From positions 702,901 to 766,900 of the forward strand of contig CAWBZI010000004.1 in NCBI GenBank assembly GCA_963793265.1: DNA of 64,000 nt, written 5' to 3'. Below, one piece after another: positions 10,039 through 20,441 of this stretch (position 1 is its first letter; every line of letters starts with the position of its first letter). A program made the translations under genes and the position numbers. The stretch comes from an uncultured cyanobacterium (GTDB lineage Bacteria > Cyanobacteriota > Cyanobacteriia > Phormidesmidales > Phormidesmidaceae). The notes beneath the pieces are model-generated. The model worked only from the letters and a program-made list of their open reading frames with translations. It did no database searches and was not told where the DNA came from.

Positions 10039-13000
10039 ATGGCTCAACCCAGCGCACAAGAACAGTACTTACTCGAACTTATCAACCGCTTTCGCACGAA
10101 TCCAGCGGCTGAATACGATCTGTTGGTTAATTCAGAAGACAGTGACGTTAACCGGGCGATTGCCTTCTTTGGCGTAGACTTGGGCGTATTGAGCAATCAG
10201 TGGTCTACGCTTAGCTCGGCGCAGCCTCTCGCCTGGTCAAATCAGCTCGGCAGCTCTGCAGATACGCATAGCCAGCTCATGATCGATTTCGATCAGCAGA
10301 GCCATAACTTACCAGGCGAGCCAAGCCTACTAAACCGAATTAATGGTGCTGGCAGCAACAGCTATAGCGTGGTTGCTGAAAATATCTTTGCCTATTCAAA
10401 CTCTCCTTTTTACGCCCACGCCGGTTTTGCAATTGATTGGGGCGACGATGATGGTAACGCTAACAATGGCTACGGTACGGGTATTCAAAATCCGGCAGGC
10501 CATCGGGTTACGCTGCTGAATGATACCTATCGCGAAGTGGGTTTAGGCATTATTGAAGAAGATAATCCGAACACGAAAGTGGGGTCTGAAGTGGTTACGC
10601 AACACTTCGGCTTTCGGAGTACGGGCACAGATGAGTGGCTATTGGGAGTCGCCTTTCGCGATTTGAACGATGATGACCTTTATAGCGTGGGCGAGGGGCT
10701 AAACGCGGTTACGGTTGACATCGAAAGCACAGATACAGAAGGCGGCTTTAGCACGTCGGTACAAACGGGACTCGCTGGTGGCTATCAGGCGCTTGTTCCT
10801 CAGGGCGAGTATACTGTAAGCTTTTCTCGGAACGGAAGCCCGTTGCAAACAACTAGCAGTACTGTAATTGTAGCTAATGACAACGTTAAGCAGGATTTAC
10901 AGTTAGACGTGGGCGTTGCGCCGAGTGCTGGACTTGGCAAGATTGTGGGCATTCAGTTTGATGATGCGGATGGCGATCGCATCCAGGATGTAGGCGAAAG
11001 CGGCATTGCTGATCGCACTGTCTTTATAGACAGCAACGGTAACCGTCAGCTAGACAGCGGTGAAACAACGACGCAAACAGACGCCGATGGCATCTATATT
11101 TTCAACAATCTTACGCCTGGCACTTATTCTGTTTTACCTGTTGTTTCAAGCAACAGAGCACAAACTTCCCCCAGTCCTAATGCACCGATTGGATCAGAGA
11201 CTTATCAAATAGACGATGGTGCTGATAACGGCTGGGGCGGATTTGTCGGTGATGCGCTGGTATTCAATCAGTTTGAAACGGTGCCAGGACAAGAGACGCT
11301 GACTTCTATTTCGGTAGCGCTCTCTAAGCGGGGCAATCCGACAAAGCTATTTATTTATCAAGATGCTGATGGTGACGATACGCCAGAAGGTAATGAGCTA
11401 TTGCTAAGCGTGACTCCAACGTTCACGGGTACCAGCGGGTTTGCCAATGTGGCAATCGATCCTACCGTGGTGAGCGGCACATTCTTTGTCGGCGCAGCCT
11501 ATGCAGCAGGCAGTCCTTATACTTGGGTGCTTAGAGACACCGATGCTGTCGATGGCAAATCCTGGTCAGCCACTTCTTCAGATCCGACGAATTTCTCAGC
11601 TTCTAAATATGCCTCTAGCGATTGGCTGCTGCGCGCAAATGCCGCTGGCACGCTACCGCAGGTGGTGACCGTTGAGGCAGATAAGACGGTAAGTGGCGCT
11701 AATTTTGGCGATCGCGCAACGGGCATTGCTCTTGAAGTTCCTGTCGTTGCAACGATTACTAACGACACCGACGCGCCTAACGATGGAATCACGACCGATA
11801 ACACGCTGATCATCTCTGGTACTGCTGGCAGCAACAATATTGTCACTATCCTTATTAACGATGTTGCTGTCGGTACAACAACTGCTGATGTATCTGGCAA
11901 CTGGACATTTGACTATACCGCTGTTCAACTGGCTTACCGTGACCATAGCATCAAGGCAAACAGCCGCGATAATGCCGGTAATGTAACCTCAGATTCTGCT
12001 GTTTTTGCACTAACAGTGCTGCCTAATGCAACAGCAGGTAACGATGTTATTAGTGGCACATCAGGCGGCGATACGCTGTACGGCTTAGCTGGCGATGACA
12101 CGATCTACGGCTTAGCTGGTGATGATACTATTAGCGGCAACGAAGGTAACGATACTATTAACAGTGGAGAGGGTAATGATCTGCTCTTTGGCAATGATGG
12201 TAATGATTTCCTGATCGGTAATGACGGTAACGATTCTATAGAAGGAGGTAACGGTAACGATAGGCTTTATGGCGGTGATGGCAGTGATGTTATCAGTGGC
12301 GGCGCGGGCAATGATATTATCTACGGTCAAGCAGGCGTTGATACGTTAACGGGTAACGCTGGTAGCGATGTTCTCTTTGGTGGTGACGGCAATGACATCA
12401 TTGACGGAAACAACGGTAATGATATTTTGCACGGGCAAAATGGCAATGACACGCTCAGCGGCGGTGATGGCAACGATAGATTTTACGGTGGCGAGGGTAA
12501 TGATACGATCAGGGGGGGCAACAACAACGATATTCTTGTTGGCGATGCTGGCAACGATCTACTCTATGGTGAAGCCGGTGATGACTTCTTAAACGGTAAA
12601 GAGGGCGAGGATACGCTAGTCGGCGGCGACGGCATCGATAGACTCTATGGTGGACTAGATAACGATGTACTCACTGGTGGGCTCGGCAACGATATGCTCT
12701 ACGGCGAGGAGGGCGACGATACGCTCACAGGCGATGGTGGTAACGATACGCTTAGAGGTGGCGAGGGTGATGACATTATCGATGCGGGCAATGGCAACGA
12801 TATTCTTCACGGTCAGATGGGCAACGACATTTTGAATGGAGGTAGCGGTAACGACAGATTTTATGGCGGTGATGGCAACGATACGCTCAATGGCCAAACT
12901 GGCAACGACATTTTAATCGGCGGAGTGTTAGGTGGCACTGACCTACAGATCGATACGCTGGTAGGTGGTACGGGCGCTGATACGTACGTCATACAAACAA

Positions 13001-13233
13001 TGTATGCTGGCTTTAATGACCAAGACTATGCTCTCATCAAAGGATTCAGCACTTCTGACGACACTATTGAGCTAGGTAGCGGTACTTTCACGCTTGCAAC
13101 AACCTCTGGAGCCTTACCTACTGGTACTGGTATTTACAACGACAATAGCGACTTAATAGCTGTTATCGAAGGTTACACAGCCAACAGCTTAAATATCAAC
13201 GCTAACTATTTCAGCTCATCTGTCAGAACATAG
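10039..13233 (+). CDS. Large RTX (hemolysin-type Ca-binding) surface protein/adhesin with CAP, SdrD-B-like and Ig-like domains
   Basis: EQYLLELINRFR..AENI..PAGHRVTLLN..YREVGLG (CAP); FDDADGD..GESGI..TDADGIYIFNNLTPGTY (SdrD-B); TDNTLIISGTA (Ig-like); ~30 GGxGxDxLx nonapeptides; no signal peptide (T1SS-type). Confidence 0.9.
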   Translation: MAQPSAQEQYLLELINRFRTNPAAEYDLLVNSEDSDVNRAIAFFGVDLGVLSNQWSTLSSAQPLAWSNQLGSSADTHSQLMIDFDQQSHNLPGEPSLLNRINGAGSNSYSVVAENIFAYSNSPFYAHAGFAIDWGDDDGNANNGYGTGIQNPAGHRVTLLNDTYREVGLGIIEEDNPNTKVGSEVVTQHFGFRSTGTDEWLLGVAFRDLNDDDLYSVGEGLNAVTVDIESTDTEGGFSTSVQTGLAGGYQALVPQGEYTVSFSRNGSPLQTTSSTVIVANDNVKQDLQLDVGVAPSAGLGKIVGIQFDDADGDRIQDVGESGIADRTVFIDSNGNRQLDSGETTTQTDADGIYIFNNLTPGTYSVLPVVSSNRAQTSPSPNAPIGSETYQIDDGADNGWGGFVGDALVFNQFETVPGQETLTSISVALSKRGNPTKLFIYQDADGDDTPEGNELLLSVTPTFTGTSGFANVAIDPTVVSGTFFVGAAYAAGSPYTWVLRDTDAVDGKSWSATSSDPTNFSASKYASSDWLLRANAAGTLPQVVTVEADKTVSGANFGDRATGIALEVPVVATITNDTDAPNDGITTDNTLIISGTAGSNNIVTILINDVAVGTTTADVSGNWTFDYTAVQLAYRDHSIKANSRDNAGNVTSDSAVFALTVLPNATAGNDVISGTSGGDTLYGLAGDDTIYGLAGDDTISGNEGNDTINSGEGNDLLFGNDGNDFLIGNDGNDSIEGGNGNDRLYGGDGSDVISGGAGNDIIYGQAGVDTLTGNAGSDVLFGGDGNDIIDGNNGNDILHGQNGNDTLSGGDGNDRFYGGEGNDTIRGGNNNDILVGDAGNDLLYGEAGDDFLNGKEGEDTLVGGDGIDRLYGGLDNDVLTGGLGNDMLYGEEGDDTLTGDGGNDTLRGGEGDDIIDAGNGNDILHGQMGNDILNGGSGNDRFYGGDGNDTLNGQTGNDILIGGVLGGTDLQIDTLVGGTGADTYVIQTMYAGFNDQDYALIKGFSTSDDTIELGSGTFTLATTSGALPTGTGIYNDNSDLIAVIEGYTANSLNINANYFSSSVRT

Positions 13234-13243
13234 TTCACAGTCA

Positions 13244-13280
13244 GGCTCTCAAAGTCTCAGTCACTTAGCTTTGAGAGCCT
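13244..13280. terminator. Hairpin between convergent genes (probable bidirectional terminator)
   Basis: AGGCTCTCAAAG...CTTTGAGAGCCT inverted repeat between the stops at 13233 and 13290. Confidence 0.55.
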
Positions 13281-13289
13281 CTCAAAGTC

Positions 13290-14111
13290 TTATGTTGCGA
13301 CTGCCTCACGCAGTTCCAATTCAACCATTTTCAACATGTCCAGTCGAGTTCTACTTAAACCACGACCTTCGCGACCAAGGGTTATAAAAAACTCACAGCC
13401 TGTAGTGGGAAAAAAGACAACTTCCTTAAATGAAGTGAAGCCTAGAGTGTATAAGTCGTGAATGACAAGCCGAAAAGAGCTAGGCGTAAAGCACCAGGAA
13501 TGCAAATCGATATATTCACCTCCAGAGAGAATGGCATTCATCTTCTCGCGAGCAAGCTCTGGCGAATGAAGTAGCTTGTAGTCTCCTGCTATTTCTTTAT
13601 TCCACGCAATTCTTGCCCCTTTTGAAACAACGCTTAGATAGAACTCTGCGGCTTCACCTGGCGTGTGAATAGATTGGTTTTGAACGTGATTATCAATGAT
13701 CTTTGCAAGTCCAGTAGTGGGTCTAAAATGATCGAAGCAGTAGCGTTTGTCAGGAACAGCAAGTGAGAGTACACCATCATCTTTAAGCACACTGTCGCAC
13801 TCCTTTAAGAAGCCGATGAGATCTGGTGTATGCTCAATCACATGCGCAGCAATAATCCAATCGTAAAATTTTCTTTTACCTGTCAATACATCGTAGGGCT
13901 GACCACTCCATACAAAATCGACTTCTTCAATATTGTCAATATTTACTTTGTGCGGTGTATATTTTTCAACCAAATCTTTCTGGCTAGCATGGTCAATGAT
14001 ATGAACTTTGTATCCTTCTTTTTTGGGGGCTATAGGACGGTGGCTGGGGCCAATTTCGAGCCCGTACCCGTCTCTTTTGAGACGATGTAGAATCTTTTGG
14101 CGTCTGTGCAT
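13290..14111 (-). CDS. Class I SAM-dependent methyltransferase (glycan-cluster type)
   Basis: GLEIGP motif I; YDWIIAAHVIEHTPD; LKDDGVLSLAVPD. Confidence 0.85.
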   Translation of the reverse strand: MHRRQKILHRLKRDGYGLEIGPSHRPIAPKKEGYKVHIIDHASQKDLVEKYTPHKVNIDNIEEVDFVWSGQPYDVLTGKRKFYDWIIAAHVIEHTPDLIGFLKECDSVLKDDGVLSLAVPDKRYCFDHFRPTTGLAKIIDNHVQNQSIHTPGEAAEFYLSVVSKGARIAWNKEIAGDYKLLHSPELAREKMNAILSGGEYIDLHSWCFTPSSFRLVIHDLYTLGFTSFKEVVFFPTTGCEFFITLGREGRGLSRTRLDMLKMVELELREAVAT

Positions 14112-14153
14112 GGGTTCTATACGGTTTGTATTATTTATATTTTGATAAATACG

Positions 14154-14402
14154 CTATCGATCTATAGCCTTGACTAAATACCAGAAGGCGAGAAACAGCA
14201 TGATAGGAACTGCTAAAAATATAATAGCTAATACCTCTGTGCCATTAAAGAACAGAATAAGGCACACTACCATGTGAAAGGCTAGCAGCAGACAAGTTAT
14301 AACAGCTCTAGAGCGCCCTTTTAAGAATCTAGAGTGATCCTTACTGATATCAACTTTTCCTCGACCTCTATTATCTGGGATAGGATCTTTTAGATTGTGC
14401 AT
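14154..14402 (-). CDS. Small membrane protein (2 TM), hypothetical
   Basis: 82-aa ORF in operon orientation with two hydrophobic segments. Confidence 0.5.
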   Translation of the reverse strand: MHNLKDPIPDNRGRGKVDISKDHSRFLKGRSRAVITCLLLAFHMVVCLILFFNGTEVLAIIFLAVPIMLFLAFWYLVKAIDR

Positions 14403-14450
14403 AAGTCCGAAGTTTGTCCAGGGTTAAATCAGTGGATGAGTACTTTGCTA

Positions 14451-15752
14451 TCAACTTGTAACTGTATTAGCTACAGGCGATGCATGAACAGACAACTCTA
14501 TTTTTGCAAGCTGCATAGTCGTTCCGTTATACAGACGAGCTTGGACATCTAAAACGGGATCGGGATTGTTCCCAAAGTACTCTGCTACAAAACGGGGCGA
14601 TAGCTCTTTTGAGCATAAGAAACCTACTGTATTTGAGTCCGTAACTTGTGGAAAACGCTTTAGTACATCGGGCCTTGCATCGTGAAGCTGGCCTGCGAAT
14701 AAAAGCTTACTCCGATAGAAAATATCGACTTGCTGAACATCGTTATCAGCAGAGACAACCCAGCCTTTAATCACTAAACAGGGACAGTTCTTCCCCTGTT
14801 TGAAGTAAGGATTTATGTTAAAACCCAAGAAATGCGTATTCAATCCGTCTGATTTCAGAGTTCTTTTCACCTGGTAGGCCTCGATAGAGGCCATACGAGC
14901 CTCTATCTTTGAATTGCACAGATCAATGGAATCGACTTCACTTTGAAGTGTACAAATGTCTGCCCTCAGAAGATCTTCGTATATGGGATTCCAAATATTG
15001 AGTACATTACTAAAGAAAGCCTCACTCGCAAGACTAGGCAGCCTATAGTTGCTTATACCTTTTTCAAAGATATCGCTAATTTCAGTCGGCTTTGGCCCGT
15101 GAAAATGAAGTATAATGGCCTCTGGATTAAGCGTCCAGTGGCCTTTCCAGTTCATAGTTTCAGGTAGCCATTCCCATCTGTTTTCAAAGTAAGTCTTGAG
15201 AAGATGCTGGTCATACCCAAGATCTTTTGTCAGGATTAGCTGCAAGTTGTTCAGCGAATAGCTGATAAAATCTTCATAAACATTTAGAAAACCGTGAACG
15301 TTCATGAGCATCACGCCGGAGTTCATGTTTTGCTTCTCGCGGTTGTGTAGGGACTCTCTAGACACGGCAAAGTATTCACACTTTGCATCTGTTAGATATT
15401 TTGTAGGATCCTTGATGAATACAACGTCTACGTCAGTGTAGAGAATGTACTCGTCGTCGAATCCATGACTCTCTAATACCTTAGGGATTTCGCATCGTAA
15501 CAAAGCACCGCTAGCAATGGCTAGTCTACTCGCGTTGATCTGCTTTATCTCTGCATACAAAGGTGTACGGTGGAAATAAACAGTGACACCTTGGGCCTTG
15601 AGCCAGATAGTAAAGTCGCTTTCTTCTCCGTCATATAAGCAGTATGGCTCTAGAGACGTGTTTGCCTTGGCCGAACTGACGGCAACTTTTGCTTGCTTCT
15701 GGTATGCAGACGCTTTTTTCCCAGAGTCGTTGAGTGAGAAAAACCACTTCAT
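14451..15752 (-). CDS. GT8-like glycosyltransferase with C-terminal GW..RPDV..GF domain
   Basis: LYTDVDVVF (DxD), MNSGVMLMN, YDQ, ILHFHGPKP. Confidence 0.8.
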   Translation of the reverse strand: MKWFFSLNDSGKKASAYQKQAKVAVSSAKANTSLEPYCLYDGEESDFTIWLKAQGVTVYFHRTPLYAEIKQINASRLAIASGALLRCEIPKVLESHGFDDEYILYTDVDVVFIKDPTKYLTDAKCEYFAVSRESLHNREKQNMNSGVMLMNVHGFLNVYEDFISYSLNNLQLILTKDLGYDQHLLKTYFENRWEWLPETMNWKGHWTLNPEAIILHFHGPKPTEISDIFEKGISNYRLPSLASEAFFSNVLNIWNPIYEDLLRADICTLQSEVDSIDLCNSKIEARMASIEAYQVKRTLKSDGLNTHFLGFNINPYFKQGKNCPCLVIKGWVVSADNDVQQVDIFYRSKLLFAGQLHDARPDVLKRFPQVTDSNTVGFLCSKELSPRFVAEYFGNNPDPVLDVQARLYNGTTMQLAKIELSVHASPVANTVTS

Positions 15753-15755
15753 TGA

Positions 15756-16403
15756 TTAAACCTTGGATACCGCTAAAAACTTATCTCTGACGGCAGTATA
15801 CAGCTTGATATCTTCTGTATTCTCTCGTTTGATATGCTCAATGACATCTTCTGTTAGGTCTTCTCTTGATATCTCTAAAGACTTTCTGTCTTGATTTTTA
15901 GCAAAGTTCATTCTGCGCTCTTGAAGCTCTAATCCTGTCATATTATTAAATATTGATAGGGAGTGGGCATACTGTTCAGTGAGACCAACGAAGTAAAAGT
16001 CGTCGATGTTGAGTCCTGAGAAGCATCCATACTGCTTGTTTTTATGTATGGGACTAGCGCAGAAAACTTCTATTGACTGCGTGTACCCACCCAGCCTAAC
16101 GTGATGGTTGTATTCCGAGATAACACGAGCGACAGGCTCCCTAACAAAGGCAATGAGCTTTGCGTCTGGGAAGATGTCCTTATATTTTGACGCCGGGAAA
16201 TGACCTGATACAAAGTCCGCCTTGTTTTTTTCGGCAACTTCTACAAGCTCATTAGGTCTATCATTGTATACAGTCGTTTTTATTTCATTGGATGTGTTCG
16301 GAGAGTCTGCACCATAGTCCCAGAGACTTGAAAGCTTATCTGCAAGTGAAAATCTGAATGAAGTTCCAGCAGTTTTCGGAATATGAACAAAAATATATTG
16401 CAT
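15756..16403 (-). CDS. Sulfotransferase (Sulfotransfer_2-like)
   Basis: HIPKTAGTS 5'-PSB loop; VREPVARVISEY 3'-PB motif; ATG 16403. Confidence 0.88.
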   Translation of the reverse strand: MQYIFVHIPKTAGTSFRFSLADKLSSLWDYGADSPNTSNEIKTTVYNDRPNELVEVAEKNKADFVSGHFPASKYKDIFPDAKLIAFVREPVARVISEYNHHVRLGGYTQSIEVFCASPIHKNKQYGCFSGLNIDDFYFVGLTEQYAHSLSIFNNMTGLELQERRMNFAKNQDRKSLEISREDLTEDVIEHIKRENTEDIKLYTAVRDKFLAVSKV

Positions 16404-16589
16404 TGACAGCTCCACAGAATAGATAAATTCTTAATTGCGCTTAAGCTCCAATCTTATGAGTGGAGCATCACAAACTTTCTAGCTTTCTAGAGTGTTGAAA
16501 TCTTATTTTAGTACACTATGCTTTCAAACACGAGCTTAGTAAGGTATAGAAAAAAGATCTTGACGGTATGTGTTCTATTTCCATTTAGA

Positions 16590-19500
16590 TCATACACGTA
16601 TTTTAATTTCGCCTATCTCGACCTTTTGCTGATTACTTAGCAAAGCTCGTAAGCCTATTTTTTCAGTCTGATTTAGTGATGCATTGTCAATTCTTATGCG
16701 AAAACCCGAATTCTTAGCACGCGCGTTAGCTGGATATACTTTTTCTAAATCGGGACGTGAAACATTTACGGCTGTCGAAAACATGACATCTTCTAAAGCG
16801 TGTGAATACACTTCTATCTGCTCTACCGCTAACTCTTTTCCAACTACCCATCCGGCTACTTCAAGAAAGTTTGTGTATGTTTTAATTTCAGGCGCATCAA
16901 TTGAAAAACCAGATAGACTCTTGTCGATGTCTGCTCTGAAAACTTCTGTCACTGCCACCGTTGCTGTCGTTGTAGCTTTAGCTATAACATCATTATCTTT
17001 TTGTACAGCAGAAATTACTGTAGCAGCCCGTGGGCGTTGCCGTTTTGAGCGAGTACTTGCTTCTATTTCACCTATTTCTTCTGAAAGCCCATCCTCAAAG
17101 CGGGCAATCACAATCATATCTATCGGATTAGATAAAGACATTATATCCAAAGGAATCTGAAAGCCACAGGTTTCGGCATTTACAATATTTGGGTAAGCCT
17201 TCGCTACATCGGGACGCGGAAAATCGACTATCGCTGTACCAATGACCTCACCTGCCTGCTCCACGTCAACTCTAGTTGCGATCGCCTCACGGCCAATCAG
17301 CCAACCAGACACCAATAGAACTGCACCACACTTACCGACTTGAGGTGCATCTAGATTAGCTGCCAATAGCAGCGGGCTTTCCGAGGTTTTATCTATTACA
17401 TGTGTAACTTCTCCACAGGCTTCTAGTCTGATGCTATAGTCCTCTTTAGCTCTCGTCAGGTTTGGGCTGTAGCACGGATCTTGATCGATAACGTCAGCCC
17501 AATGCTGCCTCATGTATTCAATCTCCGTACGAAATCGCTTAATCTTCTCAGGGCTGTCTTCGTAGCCACGGCTTTTTGACTCATAGTGGTAGAGTTGCAC
17601 ATGGGGTAGCCAAACATTTCTATATCCCGCCGCCTGAATCTTCAGACACAGATCAATATCGTTGAAAGCAACCTGAAGCGTATCTTCGAAGCCACCTACT
17701 GCCTCAAAAACGTCTCTACGACACATGAGACAAGCTGCCGTCACAGCCGAATAGTTGTTGACAGCGATCGCCTGCCTAGAATAGCCGTAGTGCCCTTTGG
17801 GCAGGTGCTTATGACTGTGGCCTGCGACTCCGCCTAACCCAATAACTACGCCTCCGTGCTGAAGCGTATCGTCAGGATAAAAAAGCTTGGCTCCAACAGC
17901 CCCAATACTAGGTCGCTGCGCTTGCTCTAGCATAGCTTCTAACCAGTCTGTGGTAATGACTTCAACGTCGTTGTTAAGAAACAGTAGATAGTCGCCTCGC
18001 GCCTTTTCAAGAGCATAGTTATTTATTTTTGAAAAGTTGAAAGGGATATCGTATACGTATGAGGCAAATCGCTGAGGTTCTCTTTCTTTCCAAGATCTGA
18101 TTATCTCTAAGCTCTCAGCTTCATCAGTACCATTATCAATCAATACGATCTCAAAATTTTGATAGGTACTTTTCTCAAAAATAGACACCAAGCAAGTATT
18201 TAAGATCTCTCCTAAATTGCGAGTAGGAATGACAATGCTAATTAGACTTTCTTCTTTCAGAGTATATCGAGGAATATAGACACCCGGCAGCTCAGAAGTC
18301 TCTACTTTACCCGGCTCTCCACGACGAGACATGGCTTCTGCTATGGCTTTAGCTGCTGCATCGCTAGCATACGTTTTCACGCCTGTACCGCTTGCTTCTG
18401 AGGTTGCTAGCATTCGCCAGTGATAAAGCACTTTGGGTATGTGAAAAATACGGTTGGTGTGCTCTGTAAAGCGCAGCACTAGGTCGTAGTCTTGACTTCC
18501 TTCAAATCCCAAACGAAACCCGCCTATCTCGTCGATAATTGACTTGCGGTAGACCCCTAGATGGCAGACGTACATGCGTGAGAGGAAAGAGTCAGGCGAC
18601 CAGTCGGGCTTAAAAGAGGGATCTGTGCGATCGCCATCTTCGGTGAGCTTATCCTCATCCGAGTAAATCATGTCCGCTTCAGGATGCTGATTGATCAGCG
18701 AGACGACTTCAAACAAAGCATGAGGTGTTAGCTTGTCGTCATGATCTAAGAGGGCTACATACTCGCCAGTTGCCTTTTCCAGTGCTGAGTTAGACGCCGC
18801 GGAAATGTGGCCATTGCTAGCCCGAAATACCACTTTAATTCGGTTATCTATCCGTGCGTACTGCTCTAGCACAGTTTTTACGTGAGGTTGGCTAGAGCAG
18901 TCATCTGCGATACACAGCTCCCAGTAGGGATATATTTGATCTAGCACTGACTGAATCATCTCTATCAAGACTGTCTCAGGCGGATTGTAGGTCGGTACTA
19001 TGATGCTAATGACCGGCTTGTGCTCAAATCCCGACACTTTTGCAGGCATTGCAGCTACTTGATCTACATCAGGGGCGTTTTCGATAGCCCAAGCAGCGTA
19101 TTCAACGGGCCGCGCGATGGGATCGTAAAATGCGCTATCAATTCTTTCTTTTCTAGCTTTTGCCTTTGAAAGCTTATTTTCAATGTCTGCGCAATCTATC
19201 GCGGCGTCTAGTGCTGCTAAGTCATATGCCGTCTCGTAATGGCTGATGGCATCGTCTGTATAGCTATAGCGATCAAGTGCTTCTGCTAGAGTGAGATGCA
19301 AATTAGGGTTATGAAAATCTGCTGCTAGAGCCTCTGCAGCCTGCTGAATAGCGGTAGGGGCTTGTCTCTGCTGCTGTATGATAGCGTGGCTCAGTCGATC
19401 GGTCACAGGATAGAGATTGGGCTTAAATTCAATTGTCTTTTTGTATGCCGCTACTGCTTCAGCCCATTTTTCAAGCTGAGAGAATGCATTGCCTAATGCC

Positions 19501-20357
19501 CAGTGTGCAATATAAGAGTCATCTGTGATAGCGATCGCGCGCTGATAGGCATTAGCTGCTTTCTCCCACTGCTTTTCGACAGCGAACTGACATCCTCTTT
19601 GATAGTGATACTGATACGAGCTTCGATCAACTTTGACGGGCTCGGTTTTCTGTAAGCTCTCCTTATTGGTAGGTGTTGCGAGCGTAGTGACTGCTGAATG
19701 GTTATCCAGCTTGAGATTTTTCGTGCTTCTAATTTGCGCTAAAAGATGAACGACCAGACTGTTGTTGGGATCTAGATCAATTGCCCGCTGGCAGAGTCTT
19801 TCGGCTTCGTCATACTCGGATTTCTCAAGCAAAACAATGGCAAGATGGTAGTAAGCAGCAGCGTTTTTCCTATCGAGTTCAATGGCGCTGCGAAGCATTG
19901 AAGCAGCGGCTTTTTCTTGATGAGTTTGATGTAAAATTCTGCCTAAGTTTATTCGCGCCCAGCAGTCGCCGGGTCTTAGCTCAACGGCTCTTTGGTAGGC
20001 AACCATAGCCCTATCAAATTCGTTTCTCCGAAAGAAAAAGTCTCCGGCCTGTCGCTGCGAGATAAAGTCATTGATAATGTCTTTGCTATGGGGCTCCTTT
20101 TCTAAAAAGCGAGCGTAGTAGTCATCAGCTTCTTGGAGCTGACCTAGTTTAGATAAGGCGATCGCAATCTTACGGCAGGCTTCTGACAGGTTGGGCTGTT
20201 GTTGTAAAATCTGTTCGTATAGCACTACCGCTTTGTGCCATTCCTTTGCCGCTAAAAGCTCATCACCTAGCTCCATTTGTGCGCTGCTTTGTGCTCTGTG
20301 AGGCTCTATCGAACCATGCGGCTTCAGTCCGATACTGTTTGGCTGACTAGCAATCAT
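16590..20357 (-). CDS. TPR + tandem GT2 glycosyltransferase (RfbC-like) + two GW..RPDV..GF domains
   Basis: N-terminal TPRs; ISIIVPTYN..LDHDD..GSQDYDL; ISIVIPTRN..LNNDVE..FNDIDLCL; ATG 20357 (TTG 20378 alternative). Confidence 0.92.
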   Translation of the reverse strand: MIASQPNSIGLKPHGSIEPHRAQSSAQMELGDELLAAKEWHKAVVLYEQILQQQPNLSEACRKIAIALSKLGQLQEADDYYARFLEKEPHSKDIINDFISQRQAGDFFFRRNEFDRAMVAYQRAVELRPGDCWARINLGRILHQTHQEKAAASMLRSAIELDRKNAAAYYHLAIVLLEKSEYDEAERLCQRAIDLDPNNSLVVHLLAQIRSTKNLKLDNHSAVTTLATPTNKESLQKTEPVKVDRSSYQYHYQRGCQFAVEKQWEKAANAYQRAIAITDDSYIAHWALGNAFSQLEKWAEAVAAYKKTIEFKPNLYPVTDRLSHAIIQQQRQAPTAIQQAAEALAADFHNPNLHLTLAEALDRYSYTDDAISHYETAYDLAALDAAIDCADIENKLSKAKARKERIDSAFYDPIARPVEYAAWAIENAPDVDQVAAMPAKVSGFEHKPVISIIVPTYNPPETVLIEMIQSVLDQIYPYWELCIADDCSSQPHVKTVLEQYARIDNRIKVVFRASNGHISAASNSALEKATGEYVALLDHDDKLTPHALFEVVSLINQHPEADMIYSDEDKLTEDGDRTDPSFKPDWSPDSFLSRMYVCHLGVYRKSIIDEIGGFRLGFEGSQDYDLVLRFTEHTNRIFHIPKVLYHWRMLATSEASGTGVKTYASDAAAKAIAEAMSRRGEPGKVETSELPGVYIPRYTLKEESLISIVIPTRNLGEILNTCLVSIFEKSTYQNFEIVLIDNGTDEAESLEIIRSWKEREPQRFASYVYDIPFNFSKINNYALEKARGDYLLFLNNDVEVITTDWLEAMLEQAQRPSIGAVGAKLFYPDDTLQHGGVVIGLGGVAGHSHKHLPKGHYGYSRQAIAVNNYSAVTAACLMCRRDVFEAVGGFEDTLQVAFNDIDLCLKIQAAGYRNVWLPHVQLYHYESKSRGYEDSPEKIKRFRTEIEYMRQHWADVIDQDPCYSPNLTRAKEDYSIRLEACGEVTHVIDKTSESPLLLAANLDAPQVGKCGAVLLVSGWLIGREAIATRVDVEQAGEVIGTAIVDFPRPDVAKAYPNIVNAETCGFQIPLDIMSLSNPIDMIVIARFEDGLSEEIGEIEASTRSKRQRPRAATVISAVQKDNDVIAKATTTATVAVTEVFRADIDKSLSGFSIDAPEIKTYTNFLEVAGWVVGKELAVEQIEVYSHALEDVMFSTAVNVSRPDLEKVYPANARAKNSGFRIRIDNASLNQTEKIGLRALLSNQQKVEIGEIKIRV

Positions 20358-20441
20358 GTAAGACCCTTGAGAATGCAACTGATGGGAAATGGTGTCGGAC
20401 TACGCCTTTAATTGAAAGAATACTTAGAGATTAGAAAGTCT

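Noticed and set aside
12040..12990. CRISPR-like periodic repeats
   Set aside because: 27-bp periodicity is coding RTX nonapeptides; no CRISPR array or cas gene seen in the window
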